DNA of 64,000 nucleotides from a virus (taxonomy: Duplodnaviria > Caudoviricetes): IMG/VR virus record IMGVR_UViG_3300025601_000007. One strand, written 5' to 3'. Positions 1 through 9,759 of this stretch are shown here, one piece after another. Within the stretch, counting starts at the first letter, position 1. Each line of letters opens with the position of its first letter. The notes under the pieces are model-generated. The model was not told where the DNA came from, ran no database searches, and saw only the letters and a list, made by a program, of their open reading frames with translations. The position numbers and the translations under genes were made by a program.

Positions 1-412
1 AGTTTGTTAATCCAGCCTCATCCATTTTTTGATTTATAGCAGATGCGTTCCCTTTTGCAATTGCGTCCCTACTTGCGGGGTCTGACTCGGCAAGGTTAAA
101 TGTTCCTCCAGGCATTTGAACGCCCGCGTACATAACTTGAGTAGCCAGTCCTTCTACGATTGTTTCCTCTAGGAAAGTTCCAGCTTCATCAAGTACACGA
201 GAGAAAAATTGTTGGAATATAACCTCTGGGCTGATTCCCATCGACTCAAGTATCCTCAATAAATAATCGAAAGTGGAAACCTGGTCCAGTTTTGGAATGT
301 TTTTAAACTCCAAAAAAGGCAACTCCAAAAGGCTCTTCATAGAACCTATTTTGGCTGTTAATTCACTTTGTGTGGATGTAAGCGGATTTGATTTTGGGAT
401 GTTTAGTGGCAT
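1..412 (-). CDS. Hypothetical protein, partial (runs off the window start)
   Basis: ATG at 412 overlaps the TAA of the upstream ORF. Open frame MPLNIPKSNPLTSTQSELTAKIGSMKSLLELPF... continues to the window edge. Not in the ORF track. Confidence 0.75.
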   Translation of the reverse strand, partial: MPLNIPKSNPLTSTQSELTAKIGSMKSLLELPFLEFKNIPKLDQVSTFDYLLRILESMGISPEVIFQQFFSRVLDEAGTFLEETIVEGLATQVMYAGVQMPGGTFNLAESDPASRDAIAKGNASAINQKMDEAGLTN

Positions 413-834
413 TATTCTTCATTTTCATCAGCACCACTATCATTGCCATTATTTCTTCTTTTTTCCCTACGGTCCTTAACAATATTCTGCATCCTCTCAG
501 CCATGAATCGTTTTTCTTCGTCAGACATAACTGTGTTGTTTATAATTGTTGGTTGGTCTGTCTTATGAATAATCTTACCCATTTCTTTAACGATGTCATT
601 CAGAGTGTTAGATGCGTTAGAGGCGGCTTGAAGATATCCTAAAGCTGACTTACTCATCGTGAACACTTCTTCTTTAGTCTGCATGTCAGCATCAACCCTA
701 CGATATCTATCTAGGGCCATATCTCGCTCTTCAACTTTAAATTGAGCCACTTTATTAAGAAGTTCTGCATGGCCGTCTGCGGTCATTTCAATCTTCTTTT
801 CACTTGTAGCTTTAGGGTTATCTGTTGCGTCCAT
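412..834 (-). CDS. Hypothetical coiled-coil protein
   Basis: 140-aa ORF; CTATTTAT motif at 855-848 upstream. Confidence 0.7.
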   Translation of the reverse strand: MDATDNPKATSEKKIEMTADGHAELLNKVAQFKVEERDMALDRYRRVDADMQTKEEVFTMSKSALGYLQAASNASNTLNDIVKEMGKIIHKTDQPTIINNTVMSDEEKRFMAERMQNIVKDRREKRRNNGNDSGADENEE

Positions 835-867
835 AGCTTCTTTTGTTATAAATAGAGCTTGGAATTT

Positions 868-1242
868 TTATGGTATGTTCAAAAATAAGCCCATTCTTAA
901 AATTGCGTCAGCTCTAACAGACTCTAATGCGCTTTTTACCTCATCCTCTGACATCATGGTTTTGTCTCGCAAGTACTCTACAACAAAAGTATCATATTTA
1001 ATCATGTCAGCCGTTTGTTGTTGGTCCATTTCTGGGAATGATTCTAAAACACTTACAATAGCGTCGCACACTAAAAAATCTTCATCATCCTCCTGAAGAA
1101 GAACTTGAGACTTCGACTCTAATCCATCCATTAGGTAATGATAGAACTTAATGCAATTGTCTTTCGTTATTCCTGTTAGCTCATTCTTAAATAGCGATTG
1201 AGCAAGTGTTATAAATGTGAGCTTTTTTAAGTCTAGTTCCAT
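868..1242 (-). CDS. Hypothetical acidic protein
   Basis: 124-aa ORF abutting the upstream stop. Confidence 0.7.
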   Translation of the reverse strand: MELDLKKLTFITLAQSLFKNELTGITKDNCIKFYHYLMDGLESKSQVLLQEDDEDFLVCDAIVSVLESFPEMDQQQTADMIKYDTFVVEYLRDKTMMSEDEVKSALESVRADAILRMGLFLNIP

Positions 1243-2109
1243 TTACTCGTTTTTCTTTCGTAGGTACTCTGTCTTTTTTGTGTCGTAGATGCCTTTGATT
1301 CTTGAAAGTGAATAAGTAACCTCTCTAGACTCTAACTTTGTCTCATCAAGTATTGCATGTCTAATAGATTGTTTAGCATACTTTCCTTCTTCGTAAGCAT
1401 CTTGATTCTCCATCACTTTCAGAATTGCGTTTATCACCTTTACGTCATTTGGAGGAATGTTCTTTTTGTTGAGCTCATTTTCCATCATGCTGTGAACATA
1501 TTCGAAAAATTCAAATGTTTCATCCTGTTCCACATCAGCGTCCATTTCAAAACTTTCTTGCCTTTCGGTCTCGTCTTTATGGTCTTCCCAAGAGAGGTTT
1601 ACAGATTTTAAATCATCTAAATCTTTTTTTCTGTTTTGAAGGTAGTGTTTAGCTACTGTTCCATAGTAAGAAAAAGACTTGGCGCCATTATCAGGGTCAA
1701 AATTTGCAAATTTAAGATAAAGGTGGGTGACACACAGTTTCTGAAGTGTCTTCACGTCTACATCGTGACTAAATAGCTTGTAAGTGAAGATGATGTTCTC
1801 TACCAGTCGGTAAAGTGGCTTTTCTATATCATCTCTAAAGATTCGCTCTTTCCTTGCTTGGGTTTCTGGGGAGTACGCACCTGTGATTCTATACTCTAAT
1901 TCAGCTACATAACCGTCATCAATTGTTTCGTCTAATTCCCCACGCTCGATAAGATATTTATCGAGTTTTCTTTCAAGGTAGACTGTGTCAAGGTTTAAAA
2001 AAACTTTAACAGCGTGTTCAGTGCCTTGTGTCCAGTACACTTTGCTCTTCTTTTTCTCAATACCATTATCCGCCGTGGTGCCTGTTTCGGATGGACTAAT
2101 TGTTTCCAT
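1243..2109 (-). CDS. gp55: Phage sigma factor, T4 gp55-like (late transcription)
   Basis: Sigma region-2-like motif HLYLKFANFDPDNGAKSFSYYGTVAKHYL resembles the gp55 FDP...FAYFT segment. Confidence 0.65.
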   Translation of the reverse strand: METISPSETGTTADNGIEKKKSKVYWTQGTEHAVKVFLNLDTVYLERKLDKYLIERGELDETIDDGYVAELEYRITGAYSPETQARKERIFRDDIEKPLYRLVENIIFTYKLFSHDVDVKTLQKLCVTHLYLKFANFDPDNGAKSFSYYGTVAKHYLQNRKKDLDDLKSVNLSWEDHKDETERQESFEMDADVEQDETFEFFEYVHSMMENELNKKNIPPNDVKVINAILKVMENQDAYEEGKYAKQSIRHAILDETKLESREVTYSLSRIKGIYDTKKTEYLRKKNE

Positions 2110-3053
2110 TATGCTTCGATATATTCAATTTGTTCATCATCCTCTACGAAATAAGCATCAGTTGCTGTTTTGTGCCAGAACTCAGCTTCTTTCTGAGGCA
2201 TGCCACCTTTGTCTATAGGAATCTGGACCAGATTTTGAGGAAGTTTGCAACTAGTGTGGCTGTAAGAGTCTCTTCTTAGAATTCTCTGCTCGTAACCCAG
2301 CCTTGGAACGTTCATTATCAAAATGTCGTTATAAGCCATCCTCAAGAAAAATTCGTAAGGCGATACTAATTTAATGTTTGACTTCATTGGATATAGAACA
2401 TCGTCTCTTTCTTCAATCGCATCCTCTTCTTCGGTCATAGACGAGACTTTGTATAAAGCGCCAAGAGGGGATAGGCAGTTGAATTTCAGAAGAAGATTTT
2501 GGTCATATTTACCAGCTACCTCAGCCATTCCTTCTGCCCAACAAGCTTCGTTATAGTACCCTTGGAATGCTCCATGAACTACGTTTCGAATTACTGGAGT
2601 GAAAATTCCAACTTCTGGATTCTCCGATGCATATATCTTAGCTGTGTGTATCCAGGACGTGCTGTATACGTCTTCTGGCTCCGCGATTGAGAAAAACTCA
2701 TACCCGCTTTCGACTGCGCTTTGAAATCCTAAGTTAAAAGCCTCTGCAAAATTGGTTACATCCACTAAGTGAATTGTGTATTCCAATGGAAACACAGACG
2801 ATACTGGCTCTCTTATTAATTCACCTGGTTTTTTAGGGTCTTCTTTTGTCTGTTGGATAGTCGGTTTATCAATTACGCTTTGAAGCACATCTAGCTCCTT
2901 TTGGCTTAGGCCCCCGTGCATCAAAAGCACATCAACGGGCTCACGTTGCATTGCTAACGAGTAAATAAACTCATGAAGAGACTCCACCATAGGCAGTTCT
3001 CTGAAATACGCTGCAATTAGCGTGTTATGCTTCTTTTGCTCTGTTAAATTCAT
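2109..3053 (-). CDS. Glycosyltransferase-like protein (GT-A/GT2-like)
   Basis: Motifs NFAEAFNLG, FSIAEPEDVY and GALYKV...EFFLRMAYNDILIMNVPRLGY resemble the GT2 fold; DxD is degenerate. Confidence 0.55.
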   Translation of the reverse strand: MNLTEQKKHNTLIAAYFRELPMVESLHEFIYSLAMQREPVDVLLMHGGLSQKELDVLQSVIDKPTIQQTKEDPKKPGELIREPVSSVFPLEYTIHLVDVTNFAEAFNLGFQSAVESGYEFFSIAEPEDVYSTSWIHTAKIYASENPEVGIFTPVIRNVVHGAFQGYYNEACWAEGMAEVAGKYDQNLLLKFNCLSPLGALYKVSSMTEEEDAIEERDDVLYPMKSNIKLVSPYEFFLRMAYNDILIMNVPRLGYEQRILRRDSYSHTSCKLPQNLVQIPIDKGGMPQKEAEFWHKTATDAYFVEDDEQIEYIEA

Positions 3054-4239
3054 CGATTCTTTCGTTTTTGTATTCTTCTATAATCTCAAGGACTCTTTTT
3101 TCTTCACCTTCTACGGTGTATTTATCAAGCGTTTTTTCATACTCAGCTTGAAGGCTAGTTTCCAAATCTATTTGTCCACTAACCCATTTATCCGCAGCTA
3201 TTCCCAAAAGCTCTGCTAACCCAAATAGATTCCCATTTTGAGACCAGAATCCGTTTTTATCAGTAGCATATTCTCGTCCTCCTGGTGCATCGAATCCAAT
3301 TACGTGGGTTCCGCAAGCCATAGCTTCAAGTGGAAGCGTACCGAATCCAGCAATGTCATCTGTATATAAAACAAATGCACAATCTCTCAGTCTTTCTGCG
3401 AATTCATTTCGGCTCATTCCGCTCATTTCCATGAATCGGAACCAACGCATATGAGGATTGGCAGCATAGAACATTTTAATGATTGTGTGCATTTTCATTT
3501 CTGACTCTGGGCCGCGACCTCTTTGATACCCAATCAAAGGCATTTTGTCGCTGAGCTTTTCAGGCTTATAAAAAATGTCACGATTGATTCCTTGCTTAAG
3601 AGATTTGATTTGAATCCCTGGCATAATAGCTCCTATATATTGACTAATGCAATCGGATACAGAAACTACATCATTGATTCCGAAATTTTGCCACATCTGA
3701 CCGTTCTTCATTCCAGCTAAAACATACAACCAGCTCTGGGCTAGAATGATTCTCTTACACGGTGCGTTTATTGTTCTCTCCATTACATTTGGAAAGCCCT
3801 CTGGGATAAACATAAAGTCCTCAGTAGCTAATTGAAGTGAGAAAGTTTGTTTCACCTTTCCGTCTGTGCAAATTATTTTTCCGTCTTTAGACTCTTTCAA
3901 TGGGAAGAACTCGATGCCTGAGATGTCAAAGTCAACCCAGTTTGGGTTGAATATGTCAAATACTTCCACTTCTTCTTTTGCTTGCTGAGAAGCTTGCATT
4001 GATGCCTCTCTGTTCATGCTTGGTTCATACCAAACCTTGACATTGAACCCTTGTTTTTTGTAAGCTGCGGCGACTCTTAAAAGAACTCCGATTCCGCCAG
4101 AAGGCTGATTCATTGCTGGACAATAAAAATGGATGTTGAACTCATTTTTCTCTAATTTAGAGATGAGTCCATCGATAACCTCTCCTTTTGTAGGTTCGAT
4201 TTTTTCCACCACTTTTTCTTGTTCTACTGCTTTTTCCAT
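3025..4239 (-). CDS. Glycosyltransferase, GT-B/GT4-like
   Basis: N-terminal PSGGIGV and C-terminal GFGTLPLEAMACGTHVIG motifs. Confidence 0.85.
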   Translation of the reverse strand: MEKAVEQEKVVEKIEPTKGEVIDGLISKLEKNEFNIHFYCPAMNQPSGGIGVLLRVAAAYKKQGFNVKVWYEPSMNREASMQASQQAKEEVEVFDIFNPNWVDFDISGIEFFPLKESKDGKIICTDGKVKQTFSLQLATEDFMFIPEGFPNVMERTINAPCKRIILAQSWLYVLAGMKNGQMWQNFGINDVVSVSDCISQYIGAIMPGIQIKSLKQGINRDIFYKPEKLSDKMPLIGYQRGRGPESEMKMHTIIKMFYAANPHMRWFRFMEMSGMSRNEFAERLRDCAFVLYTDDIAGFGTLPLEAMACGTHVIGFDAPGGREYATDKNGFWSQNGNLFGLAELLGIAADKWVSGQIDLETSLQAEYEKTLDKYTVEGEEKRVLEIIEEYKNERIDEFNRAKEA

Positions 4240-4370
4240 CGTTGTGATTAATTCGTTTAGAAAAATGTAGTTGAATAAGACCCTAAAATTAAAGGCACAA
4301 CTTAAAAAAAATGATTTTATGCCCTATTTATTTGCATGCGCTTTAAGTACAGCATCTTAAAAAATATTTC

Positions 4371-4901
4371 GTGAAATCAAATAAACTAAACAACACAGGT
4401 CTGGCAAAGCTCGTTCAAGAGCATGTTTCAGCTAATGGTCGAATCGATGAGATGGAACAGCACTTAAAAGATGTTGACTCTTTAATTGAGCGATTTGAAA
4501 GCGGTGAAGAAATTACTGATGAAGAGCTAAACGAGCTCTTAGGAGGTTTAGGAGCTATTGGTAAGTGGGGTGCAAAAAAAGCAAAATCTGCTATGGGTAG
4601 CGCTGGTAAAGCGATTGGTCAAGCAGCTTCAGATGTTAAACAGCAGTATCAGACAGGTCAGCGTGCTTCTGCAATTAACAAGCAAAGAAAAACTGTAGAC
4701 AAGCAGCAAGGGGCAAACAACGAGAAGGTGATGGATTTAGCTGCAAGAGGAAGGTCTATTAATGATACAATAAAAAAGTATCGAATGGCGTTGAATAAGA
4801 TTGGTGCTGAATATCAACAGCTGACAGGGAAAGAGTATGTTCCAGGGCGTGCTATCGCAAATGCTCAGCGTTATATCGATGAATCCCAAAAAAAAAAGTA
4901 A
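4371..4901 (+). CDS. Hypothetical acidic/coiled-coil protein, possibly the N-terminal part of a frameshifted gene
   Basis: 176-aa ORF, GTG start, ends in an A10 run (CAA AAA AAA AAG TAA). Confidence 0.7.
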   Translation: MKSNKLNNTGLAKLVQEHVSANGRIDEMEQHLKDVDSLIERFESGEEITDEELNELLGGLGAIGKWGAKKAKSAMGSAGKAIGQAASDVKQQYQTGQRASAINKQRKTVDKQQGANNEKVMDLAARGRSINDTIKKYRMALNKIGAEYQQLTGKEYVPGRAIANAQRYIDESQKKK

Positions 4902-5623
4902 GAAAAGTCTATAAAAACAAAGTCGAAGAATCTTATGTTTTAGGTAGCTCAAATATTAGCAATGCGTATGCTAACGAGATTATTTCTATCGCAAAAGACC
5001 TGGACGAAATGGCGCGGGGAATACAAAAACTTCTAGATAAAAAGGCTACACTTTTTATTGAACACAAGCAAAAAATTTCAGAAATACGTCAACAGGTAAT
5101 GAAATTTGACTTCAACCAATTGTTTGCCGTACCAGGTAAATTTGATTCTCCAGACGAAAAGAATTCAGCGGTGCAAGCTGTTTTGGAATCAGTCACAACA
5201 AAACTCCCTAGAGTATACGAGATGTTTCCACACTTATGGGACCAACACCAAGGGTATTCTGATGCTAACCGTAAAATTGGTGGAAGAAAAACTTCAGGTA
5301 TCGTGCCTGGGGCTTGGAATGAAATTGTAAATGACTACGGCGTTATCAACAACGAGAAAGGTTGTATTGAGCTTTTAAGAAAAGTTGAAGAATACAATAG
5401 CACTTGGCAAAATGAATTCGAATTGCGTGACATCCAGGAAGAAAGTAAGTCTGGATTTATTGAACTATCTCAAGCTATAGAAGCCGCAATAGGGGCTATT
5501 GATTCAAGCATGAGTTACGAGACTCTTGCAGACGCAGTTGCGAAAATAATTAAAGATTCATACGGAGAACATCTGTACGAGCCATTCTCAAGAAGGCTAA
5601 TGAATAATCTGTACGGAGAATAA
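4883..5623 (+). CDS. Hypothetical protein; frame is open from 4883, first ATG at 5009
   Basis: The frame of ORF 5009..5623 is stop-free back across the A10 run (KKKVRKVYKNKVEESYVLG...). Confidence 0.6.
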   Translation: MPKKKVRKVYKNKVEESYVLGSSNISNAYANEIISIAKDLDEMARGIQKLLDKKATLFIEHKQKISEIRQQVMKFDFNQLFAVPGKFDSPDEKNSAVQAVLESVTTKLPRVYEMFPHLWDQHQGYSDANRKIGGRKTSGIVPGAWNEIVNDYGVINNEKGCIELLRKVEEYNSTWQNEFELRDIQEESKSGFIELSQAIEAAIGAIDSSMSYETLADAVAKIIKDSYGEHLYEPFSRRLMNNLYGE

Positions 5624-5642
5624 TAGAAAATTACATCAATGC

Positions 5643-5679
5643 AAAAAAAAGAGAGCTCTTACGGGCTCTCTTTTTTTTT
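5643..5679. terminator. Bidirectional intrinsic terminator
   Basis: A8-GAGAGCTC TTAC GGGCTCTC-T9 between convergent genes. Confidence 0.9.
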
Positions 5680-5689
5680 GATACTGTGT

Positions 5690-5899
5690 CTATTGCTTGC
5701 CGTGTTTTGAAGTCATAGTTTTATGCAAGGACTCAATCTCTTTAGAGGCTGCTGTTTTAAACATAAACGGAAAAAAAGCGTGAACGATTGAAACCCCCCA
5801 AATCCACCCGCCAGCTGAGGCGGTCCCAAGTGCAAATAACAAATGTTTTAAGTAAGACATTTTGTTCTCGCTAGGGTGATGTGTGAAGGGATTTCTCAT
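5690..5899 (-). CDS. Small hydrophobic protein (DUF6356-like)
   Basis: SYLKHLLFAL...IVHAFFPFMF..AS pattern. Confidence 0.55.
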   Translation of the reverse strand: MRNPFTHHPSENKMSYLKHLLFALGTASAGGWIWGVSIVHAFFPFMFKTAASKEIESLHKTMTSKHGKQ

Positions 5900-6732
5900 T
5901 ACTTTTTCCTCTTGTCGTTTTTCTCTTTCTCGTCATCAATCAACTGGTCCAGTGCGGTCATGTTAAGTGATTCTGACATTTGACCATCCACAGTAACGGT
6001 TGATGCAAATAAATCAGACTTCAAGCTGACACCTTTTTTCTTCGCGTACCCACGAGAGTAAAGCGCATTTGAAATCCCTCTTGAGGACTCTGTGTATGCT
6101 TGAGCGCTTGATGTGTCAACGAATGATGTATTCTGAATCCCAAGAGTGTCGGCGGCGTTTAAAGCTGAATCTTTGCTGGCTCCAATGAAAGAAATGGTCC
6201 AGTTGTCTTTTTTGTCAACTTCCTTGATAAGGTCTGCAACATCGCTTCCTTTCCATTCAGCAGAGGCGTTTTCATGTCCATCTGTTAAAATCATAATCAA
6301 AGCTTCGTTTTCCTCTTTCTTTAGCTCTTTCATCTGTCTTTCTTTTAAACTTGTGACAGTGATTCCAATTGCATCATGCAAAGCTGTTGAGCCTCTTGGG
6401 ACATATGTTTCTTCGTCTAAAAGCTCAATCTCATCGAGAGGCTTGTCTTTGTAAATGGTTATGATTTCATGGTCGAACAAGCAGAGAGTAATGAAGTACT
6501 TCTCCTCAGGAGAGTCTTCCTGCAAAGCTCTTAATGTCCCAATTTGCTCATTGAAATTGTCAATGGTTTCTTTTTTGATTGGATTCATCGAATAAGAACG
6601 GTCGACTACAAATGCGTAGTAAGTATTCCCTGGTGTTTTTTCAACAATAGTTTCCTCAACTATCGTCGTCGTCGTCGTTGTGACTTTCTTTGTGGCCTTA
6701 GCCTCTTTCGAGTCCTTTTTCTTTTTTGTCAT
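5899..6732 (-). CDS. von Willebrand factor A (VWA) domain protein
   Basis: MIDAS motif DRSYSM, GSTALHDAI, ILTDGHEN. Start set to ATG 6732, downstream of a TATATTTG promoter box. Confidence 0.85.
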   Translation of the reverse strand: MTKKKKDSKEAKATKKVTTTTTTIVEETIVEKTPGNTYYAFVVDRSYSMNPIKKETIDNFNEQIGTLRALQEDSPEEKYFITLCLFDHEIITIYKDKPLDEIELLDEETYVPRGSTALHDAIGITVTSLKERQMKELKKEENEALIMILTDGHENASAEWKGSDVADLIKEVDKKDNWTISFIGASKDSALNAADTLGIQNTSFVDTSSAQAYTESSRGISNALYSRGYAKKKGVSLKSDLFASTVTVDGQMSESLNMTALDQLIDDEKEKNDKRKK

Positions 6733-6763
6733 GTTGATGTTTTGCTGTGTTATTGTTCCAGTG

Positions 6764-6771
6764 CAAATATA
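6764..6771 (-). promoter_or_regulatory. Bacteroidota-type -7 promoter element (TAnnTTTG)
   Basis: TATATTTG ~30 nt upstream of ATG 6732; the same box occurs at 33885-33878. Confidence 0.55.
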
Positions 6772-6822
6772 AGTAGATAAAAAAATAATTCCCAAGCTGG
6801 GAAGTATAATAATTTATTCACA

Positions 6823-7614
6823 TTATATTTTTTCTTTCAACACAATGTTTTTTAGAGCACCATTTTTGTTTAGAGCTGCAAGGGATTCGAATGAAATCGG
6901 TGTCTTGTCCCACTTGTTCCAAGGTCTTTCAATTTTTATCAATTCTTTACCCATTGGCTTTGAGTGGATGGCTTCTGGGGTGTCATCTATCAAGATGTCA
7001 CACAGGTCCCACTTCTCTTCATTGCTGTCGACAAAATGGATGCTTTGCACTCGGCAGTGGTGAGTGCTTAGGAAGGCGAATGTTGCTGGGATTGCTCCTT
7101 GTTTACATGTTGAAACCAAAATGGTTTTGTAGAGCCCTTTGTCCCGACCGAAAGCTTGGATTTTATTGACAGTCTCCATTGCATCTTTGTACTGGTCTGC
7201 CCTGCCGAATATCTGAAATGGGTAGTCTTCGTAGATAAATTTGTCTAGCACCTCCATAGAGGTTAAGCGAATTGGTTCATCGTCACCTTTGTTGTCATCA
7301 AACGAGATAACTTTTAACTTCTTTGGTTCGAATCGATAGTGATTTGTTAAATCGTCCGTGTCCACTGGGAGAGAAAGGAGTTCGTTTTCTTTTTCTTCAA
7401 TCATTGCAGCTAGTGCGTCCATTTCTTCTTCTGAGAATTCCTCTTTCAGCTGAAAAGTGCTTTCATCTATATTTCCTGATGCAACATCTGTGTGGGTTGG
7501 AATATTTCCATCTACTTCGCTTGCGTTGTGAATGAATTTCTTGCGGTATATGAAATCGAACTTAGAAATGAAGTCTCGAATTGTCCCGTCTATGTTTATT
7601 GCTACTGTTTTCAT
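6823..7614 (-). CDS. HAD-family 5'(3')-deoxyribonucleotidase-like protein
   Basis: INIDGTIRD N-terminal motif and ILIDDTP C-terminal motif; likely start ATG 7614. Confidence 0.75.
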   Translation of the reverse strand: MKTVAINIDGTIRDFISKFDFIYRKKFIHNASEVDGNIPTHTDVASGNIDESTFQLKEEFSEEEMDALAAMIEEKENELLSLPVDTDDLTNHYRFEPKKLKVISFDDNKGDDEPIRLTSMEVLDKFIYEDYPFQIFGRADQYKDAMETVNKIQAFGRDKGLYKTILVSTCKQGAIPATFAFLSTHHCRVQSIHFVDSNEEKWDLCDILIDDTPEAIHSKPMGKELIKIERPWNKWDKTPISFESLAALNKNGALKNIVLKEKI

Positions 7615-7649
7615 TTGTTTAAAATTAATAGTCCTATTGTCCGATGACA

Positions 7650-8072
7650 CTATATCTCATTCTTAGATTTCATCTTTTCGAACTCTTTTAAAGAAGCGAT
7701 GTAGTCACTTTTTTCGTAATTAGTATCACAAAGAACAAGTAAGACGCTTTTGTCTTCTTTATATTTTTCTTCTGCCCACAGCCCTTTAGGGATTAGTAAT
7801 GCTGAATTTGGTTTATTCAATAAACACTTTTTCCATGTGGTTCCGTCAAAACAATTTACTTCTACACGTCCTGAAATACAAATTAATAATTGATTTGTAT
7901 TATAATGAGCATGCTTTCCTCTTGTTGTGTTGATTGGTACATTGTAAACGTAAAATGTTCTTTTAATTAAAAAAACACTATCAAGTCCTGACTCTATAGG
8001 AACTAAATTGCCAAGCTCGTCTTTAAAGGTTTTTAGCTGTATCTCTAAAACATCTTCAATTGTTGATTTCAT
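7650..8072 (-). CDS. fdtA: dTDP-sugar 3,4-ketoisomerase (FdtA/WxcM cupin)
   Basis: D..GNL..IE, KRTFYVYNVP, RGKHAH, LLVLCDTNYEKSDYI. Confidence 0.9.
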   Translation of the reverse strand: MKSTIEDVLEIQLKTFKDELGNLVPIESGLDSVFLIKRTFYVYNVPINTTRGKHAHYNTNQLLICISGRVEVNCFDGTTWKKCLLNKPNSALLIPKGLWAEEKYKEDKSVLLVLCDTNYEKSDYIASLKEFEKMKSKNEI

Positions 8073-9123
8073 TATTATAGTTTGTTAATTCTAATTCAAA
8101 ATCTGGTGCGGACTTCGATATTTCTGATTGATACTTTATTGCTCTATCCATTAAATCTGGAATAGTAATAGCTAGACTATTATCTCCTAGGGAAATCTCA
8201 CAATGTCTACCCATTCTAAAGTCTAAGTTTTTATGATAAAAGCTCTTTGTATTAAATTCTTCACCAGAAGCTCTTGGTAAGTTTTGTATTCGCTTCACGA
8301 GTGTATCAATAGAATGTTCTTCGCTAACATGGTTTTTGATATCATCATGAGGCATGGGAGAAGATTCTAGTTGATTCAGCGCTTTCAGAGTTTGTTCAGC
8401 ATAATATTTATCATGTTGGACACGATAAAAAAAAGGCTCATTATTAAATTTGTTCGGCAGAAATGTAGCTAAATCAGGATGACCTACTACGGGTATGCCA
8501 CTTGCCCATGCGTAGCTGCATAGTCTCGAATGCCGTTCTCCTTTTGCAGCGTGAATGAAAACTTTTGAAGACTTGTAAAAATGAGCTAAATAATACTTAT
8601 CCAATGTAAATGGGTAATCATAATCAAAAAAAAGCGCTACAAAATTTCTTCTCTCTTCTCGTGTGAATTGCTTTAAATATTCTTCTTTAGGGTTTTCAGG
8701 AGAAGCTCCTTCCTCTGGGATTGAGCAAATTAACATTATTTTAATATCAGGCTTCAATCTGAGTAATTCTTTACAAGTGTTAAAAAACACTTGTAAACGC
8801 TTGAACCCAACTGCTCGTGTTATATATAAAACATCAATGTCTTTTGTGCTATCTCCAGGGCGGTAGATTTCTGGAGAAAAATTACAGCAGTCCATATCTA
8901 AACAAGACCCTCCCCCCACTAAATCTCCTGGATTGCAAAGGCTGGCATCAAAAAAAGAGTTGTGACTACAAGGTTGCCAATTGTGATGTATCAGATAAAT
9001 CCATTTATGCTGTTCAGCAATAATGTGGTCAAGTGTTTTATTGTTTATTTGGAGACGGACTTCATTGGAAGTAAAGGAAATCACTCCTTTTGATTCGTCT
9101 GGTGTTTTTAGAATGCAAGCCAT
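8056..9123 (-). CDS. Glycosyltransferase, GT-B/GT4-like
   Basis: YITRAVGFKR, SKVFIHAAKGERHSRLCSYAWASGIPVV. Confidence 0.7.
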   Translation of the reverse strand: MACILKTPDESKGVISFTSNEVRLQINNKTLDHIIAEQHKWIYLIHHNWQPCSHNSFFDASLCNPGDLVGGGSCLDMDCCNFSPEIYRPGDSTKDIDVLYITRAVGFKRLQVFFNTCKELLRLKPDIKIMLICSIPEEGASPENPKEEYLKQFTREERRNFVALFFDYDYPFTLDKYYLAHFYKSSKVFIHAAKGERHSRLCSYAWASGIPVVGHPDLATFLPNKFNNEPFFYRVQHDKYYAEQTLKALNQLESSPMPHDDIKNHVSEEHSIDTLVKRIQNLPRASGEEFNTKSFYHKNLDFRMGRHCEISLGDNSLAITIPDLMDRAIKYQSEISKSAPDFELELTNYNNEINN

Positions 9124-9746
9124 TATTTTTTTGTATATATTTCTAAAACGTTATTTTCACCAGCCTGAGCTTTGTGAACTAAAGATAAATTGTATCTTTG
9201 AACTATGTATTCCCAGTAGTTTTTTCCCATTTTTCTTCTAATATATGGTTTAAACTCGCTTTTTGAGTGTGGATTTTTACCAATAGTAACAATGTCGTGC
9301 TCATACTTCGGAGTGTCATACCAGTGAATAGCTACGTAAGTTGCTGCCTTCGACGCTTTGTCCATAATCATATCAGGGCTTTCAATGCATTCAATCATAT
9401 GAGACAATACAGCGAAGTCGTATTTTTCTTTATTCGAGTTCATAAAGTCAAAAATGTCAGATTTAACTATTTCTCCATCACCTTTTACAACTTCCTTAGC
9501 TGCGTTTACCAGCGTCTCTGAATTGTCTACTCCTAAATATTTTATGTCTTGGTTTTGAGATTTTAAAATCGGGTATATTTGAGCGTTTCCACAGCCGATA
9601 TCTATTACCGACGGAGAGTCAGACACACTCTTCATATATTTGCTCAACTCTATCTTCATTTCTTTAGAGTAATAATGTAAGTAGTCTTTAGCAATCTTAT
9701 CTGAAGGATTCCATGAGTCTTTTGTTATATCTGTGTTAATATTCAT
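9123..9746 (-). CDS. Class I SAM-dependent methyltransferase
   Basis: VIDIGCGNA motif I; YLGVD; LSHMIECIESPD. Confidence 0.85.
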   Translation of the reverse strand: MNINTDITKDSWNPSDKIAKDYLHYYSKEMKIELSKYMKSVSDSPSVIDIGCGNAQIYPILKSQNQDIKYLGVDNSETLVNAAKEVVKGDGEIVKSDIFDFMNSNKEKYDFAVLSHMIECIESPDMIMDKASKAATYVAIHWYDTPKYEHDIVTIGKNPHSKSEFKPYIRRKMGKNYWEYIVQRYNLSLVHKAQAGENNVLEIYTKK

Positions 9747-9759
9747 TACTGTTTTTTAT

